A stretch of DNA of 62,462 nt, the filler included. It is 3 parts of 3 records of this genome, joined end to end, with 100 filler letters (N's around TTAATTAATTAA, not from the genome) between each part and the next. Parts side by side here need not be neighbours in the genome. Positions count along the whole stretch, not along the records: positions 52,777 to 62,462 come from SRR22947727_4955; 2 more parts are not named here. One strand, given 5' to 3'. The first letter of the stretch is position 1. Each line of letters starts with the position of its first letter. The notes under the pieces were generated by a model, which ran no database searches, was not told the DNA's origin, and saw only the letters and a program-made list of their open reading frames with translations. Of this stretch, positions 59,018 to 62,462 are shown piece by piece. The translations under genes and the position numbers were made by a program.

Positions 59018-59890
59018 ATGGAAAACCTGCCCTTGGACCATTGCGCCTATAAAATTGTTGAACCCGAGGCTTTAACATCCTCTGTGGTGTTTGCCTCCCC
59101 CCATAGCGGGCGCGCGTATCAGGGCAGCTTTTTGAAAAGCTCTATTCTCGATGACTTAACGATTCGCAGTTCGGAGGATGCTTATGTCGATCAACTGATC
59201 GCCTGCGTCCCCGGTTTTGGCGCGCCGCTTTTAACCGCCAAAGCGCCCCGATCCTTTTTGGATCTTAACCGCGCTGAGGATGAGCTAGATCCAGCCCTAA
59301 TTACCGGCGTTCCGAGCGCCAAGCAAAATCCACGGATTGCCTCAGGGCTGGGGATCATCCCACGCGTCGTTGCAAATGGGCGCGCGATCTACGGCGGGAA
59401 AATGTCTAAAAAAACCGCCCAAGCGCGCATAGACACCTATTGGACGCCCTATCATAAGGCTTTAAAAGCGCTTCTGGCGCGCGCGCAGACCAAATTTGGG
59501 CGCGCAATTTTGATCGATGTGCATTCAATGCCCCACGAAGCCGTTGCGCCAACCGGCCGCGTACAGCAAACCACCGAGATCGTTATCGGGGATCGCTTTG
59601 GGGCCTCTGCCGAGTCGCGACTGGCGGAGAATGTGCTTGATATTTTTAGCAGCCACGGATTTCGCGTGGCGCGCAACGCGCCTTTTGCCGGTGCTTATAT
59701 CACCCAGCGCTATGGCCGCCCCCATTTCAATCAACATGTTTTGCAAATCGAAATTGACCGCGCGCTTTATCTGAATGAGGCCAATATCACCCCCTCTGAG
59801 CAATTTGAGTTTTTTCGTCAACGATTGCGCAAAGTGCTGGCCGAGATCGCAAAAACCGGCGCAGCAGAAAGAAGCCTCGCCGCCGAATAG
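59018..59890 (+). CDS. N-formylglutamate amidohydrolase family protein
   Basis: VFASPHSG, SEDAYVD, LDLNR, PYH, IDVHSMP, NAPFAG, LQIEIDR; start moved to ATG 59018. Confidence 0.9.
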   Translation: MENLPLDHCAYKIVEPEALTSSVVFASPHSGRAYQGSFLKSSILDDLTIRSSEDAYVDQLIACVPGFGAPLLTAKAPRSFLDLNRAEDELDPALITGVPSAKQNPRIASGLGIIPRVVANGRAIYGGKMSKKTAQARIDTYWTPYHKALKALLARAQTKFGRAILIDVHSMPHEAVAPTGRVQQTTEIVIGDRFGASAESRLAENVLDIFSSHGFRVARNAPFAGAYITQRYGRPHFNQHVLQIEIDRALYLNEANITPSEQFEFFRQRLRKVLAEIAKTGAAERSLAAE

Positions 59891-59893
59891 CCA

Positions 59894-61147
59894 CTAGCGC
59901 AGCGCCCGGCCTTTAAGAATCGCATCCTCGCCAAATTTTTTGCGGATTTTATCCGTGGCACGCTCTGCAGCGCCGCGCTGATGGGCCTGTGGGTCCAAAA
60001 GATCCCCAGATCGCTCCGCCTGGCTGGCCTCGCATAAATCTGACAGACCCGCTCCGATCAACCGGTAGGCTTGCCCTGCTGGAATTTGCGACAGCATGGC
60101 CTGCGATACGCGGTAGACACGATCGGCCAATTGCGTCGCATCCTCCAACGTTTGACGTTTGGTAATAATTTTATGGCCAGCGGTTTTAAGCTTCAGCGTT
60201 ACCACACGCCCCGCCAACTCTTTTGCCTTTGCCCGATCCGATACTTTTTCGCACATCCGCCATAAATGACCGTCCAATAAATCAGGATCGGCGGTATCTT
60301 CAAAAAATGTGGTTTCATTAGAAATCGATTTCACCGGTGTGTTTCGGCTAATCCGGCGATGATCTTGGCCCCGCGCAAGATGCCAAAGCCTGTCGCCCAT
60401 CGACCCAAATTTTTGCGTCAAGTCATCGCGTTGCCAGCGCAACAAATCGGTAAAACTGCGAATGCCGGCCTGCGCCAAAGCGGCTTGCGTGGCGCTGCCT
60501 ACCCCCCAGATCATCCGCACAGGCTTATCCTGCAAAAACGCCGCCGTATCGTCTTTTCCGATCACAGAAAACCCACGGGGTTTGTTTAAATCAGAGGCCA
60601 CTTTTGCCAGAAACTTATTATGCGACAACCCGATCGATCCGGTCAGACCCAACTCTTGGCGCATCCGATACACCAGGCGCGCCAACATCACTGCGGGGGG
60701 CGCTCCATGCAATTTTTCTGTCCCGCGTAAATCGAGAAAAGCTTCATCTAAAGAAAGGGGCTCAATGGCCGGCGTCAGATCTTCCATCATCTGCCGGATT
60801 GCGCGGCTGACCTCTGCATAAACCGCCATTCTAGGCTTTATAATCACCGCGTCGGGGCAAAGCTTTAAGGCTTGGAACATCGGCATGGCGGATTTCACGC
60901 CCCGAATCCGAGCCACATAGCAGGCGGTGGACACCACACCGCGCCGCCCACCGCCAATAATCACCGGCTTATCTGCCAAATCAGGATGATCGCGCTTTTC
61001 CACGCTGGCGTAAAAGGCATCGCAATCCATATGCGCGATACTCAGCGTAAAAAGCTCTGGATGCGTTACGATATTGGGCGCATGGCAACGCGGGCAGCGC
61101 CGGCCCGTTTCAAACGGCTGGCAGCATTCTTGGCACAGGCTAGGCAT
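59894..61147 (-). CDS. dinB: DNA polymerase IV
   Basis: HMDCDAFYASVE, STACYVAR, SLDEAFLD, KFLAKVASD; N-terminal CxxC...CxxC extension. Confidence 0.95.
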   Translation of the reverse strand: MPSLCQECCQPFETGRRCPRCHAPNIVTHPELFTLSIAHMDCDAFYASVEKRDHPDLADKPVIIGGGRRGVVSTACYVARIRGVKSAMPMFQALKLCPDAVIIKPRMAVYAEVSRAIRQMMEDLTPAIEPLSLDEAFLDLRGTEKLHGAPPAVMLARLVYRMRQELGLTGSIGLSHNKFLAKVASDLNKPRGFSVIGKDDTAAFLQDKPVRMIWGVGSATQAALAQAGIRSFTDLLRWQRDDLTQKFGSMGDRLWHLARGQDHRRISRNTPVKSISNETTFFEDTADPDLLDGHLWRMCEKVSDRAKAKELAGRVVTLKLKTAGHKIITKRQTLEDATQLADRVYRVSQAMLSQIPAGQAYRLIGAGLSDLCEASQAERSGDLLDPQAHQRGAAERATDKIRKKFGEDAILKGRALR

Positions 61148-61294
61148 TAACCTGCCTTGCAGCTGCCCATGGCGCCCGATATTGCGGCGCTTGTTTCAGG
61201 AAGAAGCTCACACTCATGTCCATCGGCCCAACGATTGGCGTATTTCAAATCTTGCCGACGATAACAAAAAACGCCGCGCAGGCAAAATGCAAAA

Positions 61295-62462
61295 TCAACC
61301 CTTTTCGCGCCATGCATTCACGATAGGGTAGCGCCGATCCAGCCAAAAACCCCGCGCCGATAGCCGCGTTCCGGGCGCCGCTTGGAAGCGTTTATATTCG
61401 CTTGCGTATAACAGGTTTTGCACGCGCAACGCCTCCTGTCGTGAAAACCCTTGCGCCACACATTCATCAATTGATTGATCCTCATCCACCAATAGCGTCA
61501 AAATCGCATCTAGAACGGGATAATCGGGCAAGCTATCGCTATCTTTTTGATCGGGACGCAATTCGGCACTGGGGGGCTTATCAAGGATAGTTTGGGGAAT
61601 AATAGCACCGGGTGGGCCCTGCATCCACTCGCGATGATGCGCATTGCGCCACTGACAAATTTCAAAAACGCGGGTTTTATAAAGATCTTTGATCGGGTTA
61701 TAGCCACCGGCCATATCGCCATAAATTGTGGCATATCCCACGGCCACTTCTGATTTATTTCCCGTTGTCAGCAGCATTTCCCCAAATTTATTTGAGAGCG
61801 CCATTAAGAACAGGCCCCGCAAACGCGATTGTATGTTTTCTTCCGTTAAATCGGGCTGTGTGCCCTCAAAAAGCGGGGCAAGGCTATCATGTATGGCCGC
61901 TTGGCCCTGCGAAATCGGCAGAAAATCATACCGGCATTTCAGATTTTCAGCCAAATCTTTGGCATCCTGCAAAGAGCCTTCAGACGTATAATCTGAAGGT
62001 AACATAACAGCGCGCAGATTCTCAGCGCCCAGCGCATCGGCGGCAATTGCCGCCACCAAAGCGCTGTCAACACCCCCGGACAGGCCCAGCAGAACCTGCG
62101 GAAACCCGCTTTTTGCGCAATAATCACGCAAGCCTGACACCATCGCATGATAATCCGCCTCTAGGCTGCTAGGCAAAGGCGCCAAAGCGCCTTGCATCGC
62201 GCTCCAACCCGAGCCCTGCTTTATCAGAACCACATGCGCAAGCGCCGATTCAAACATCGGCATCTGCACGGCCAATGCCCCGCCGGGATTCAGCACAAAG
62301 CTGCCCCCGTCAAACACCTGATCATCTTGGCCACCCACCATATTTAGGTAAATCAACGGCAAGCCCGTTTCGATCACACGCGCCACCATAACATTCTGCC
62401 GCTCTTCAGATTTCTGGCGGTGATAGGGGGACCCGTTGGGCACCAATAAAAACTCGGCGCCG
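61295..62462 (-). CDS. nadE: Glutamine-dependent NAD+ synthetase, 5' part outside the window
   Basis: Nitrilase-domain tail NGSPY...LNMVGGQD; LGLSGGVDS, ENIQSR, TTGNKSE, PPSAEL. Confidence 0.95.
   Translation of the reverse strand, partial: GAEFLLVPNGSPYHRQKSEERQNVMVARVIETGLPLIYLNMVGGQDDQVFDGGSFVLNPGGALAVQMPMFESALAHVVLIKQGSGWSAMQGALAPLPSSLEADYHAMVSGLRDYCAKSGFPQVLLGLSGGVDSALVAAIAADALGAENLRAVMLPSDYTSEGSLQDAKDLAENLKCRYDFLPISQGQAAIHDSLAPLFEGTQPDLTEENIQSRLRGLFLMALSNKFGEMLLTTGNKSEVAVGYATIYGDMAGGYNPIKDLYKTRVFEICQWRNAHHREWMQGPPGAIIPQTILDKPPSAELRPDQKDSDSLPDYPVLDAILTLLVDEDQSIDECVAQGFSRQEALRVQNLLYASEYKRFQAAPGTRLSARGFWLDRRYPIVNAWREKG

Overview
The window is three separate contigs joined by artificial 100-nt N/TTAATTAATTAA linkers (21853-21952 and 52677-52776). 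Contigs 1 and 2 (1-21852, 21953-52676) look like one PVC-superphylum, probably verrucomicrobial, genome. They carry fur-sufCBD, iscA, two divergent SCO genes, queFC, vapBC, a double-length uvrA, pheST and many secreted hydrolases and oxidoreductases. Contig 3 (52777-62462) looks like a different organism, a Rhodobacteraceae/roseobacter: 5' end of 16S rRNA, msrPQ, clpB, pyrF, L36, tRNA-Val, dinB, nadE. The most notable unexplained signal is a dispersed ~21-bp quasi-palindromic unit, YGAWYCAA-(YAGGG or CCCTR)-TTGRWTCR, which occurs mostly as 43-bp doublets with the two units 22 bp apart. I count 8 full doublets and about 4 partial copies in the 52 kb of contigs 1-2 and none convincing in contig 3. 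Three doublets lie inside intact sufD and uvrA reading frames, and the asymmetric 5-bp core occurs in inward, outward and direct arrangements. A second pattern is selective decay: about eight accessory loci carry nonsense codons, frameshifts or apparent deletion-fusions while the housekeeping genes are intact. All product calls come from motif recognition by eye; no database searches were run.
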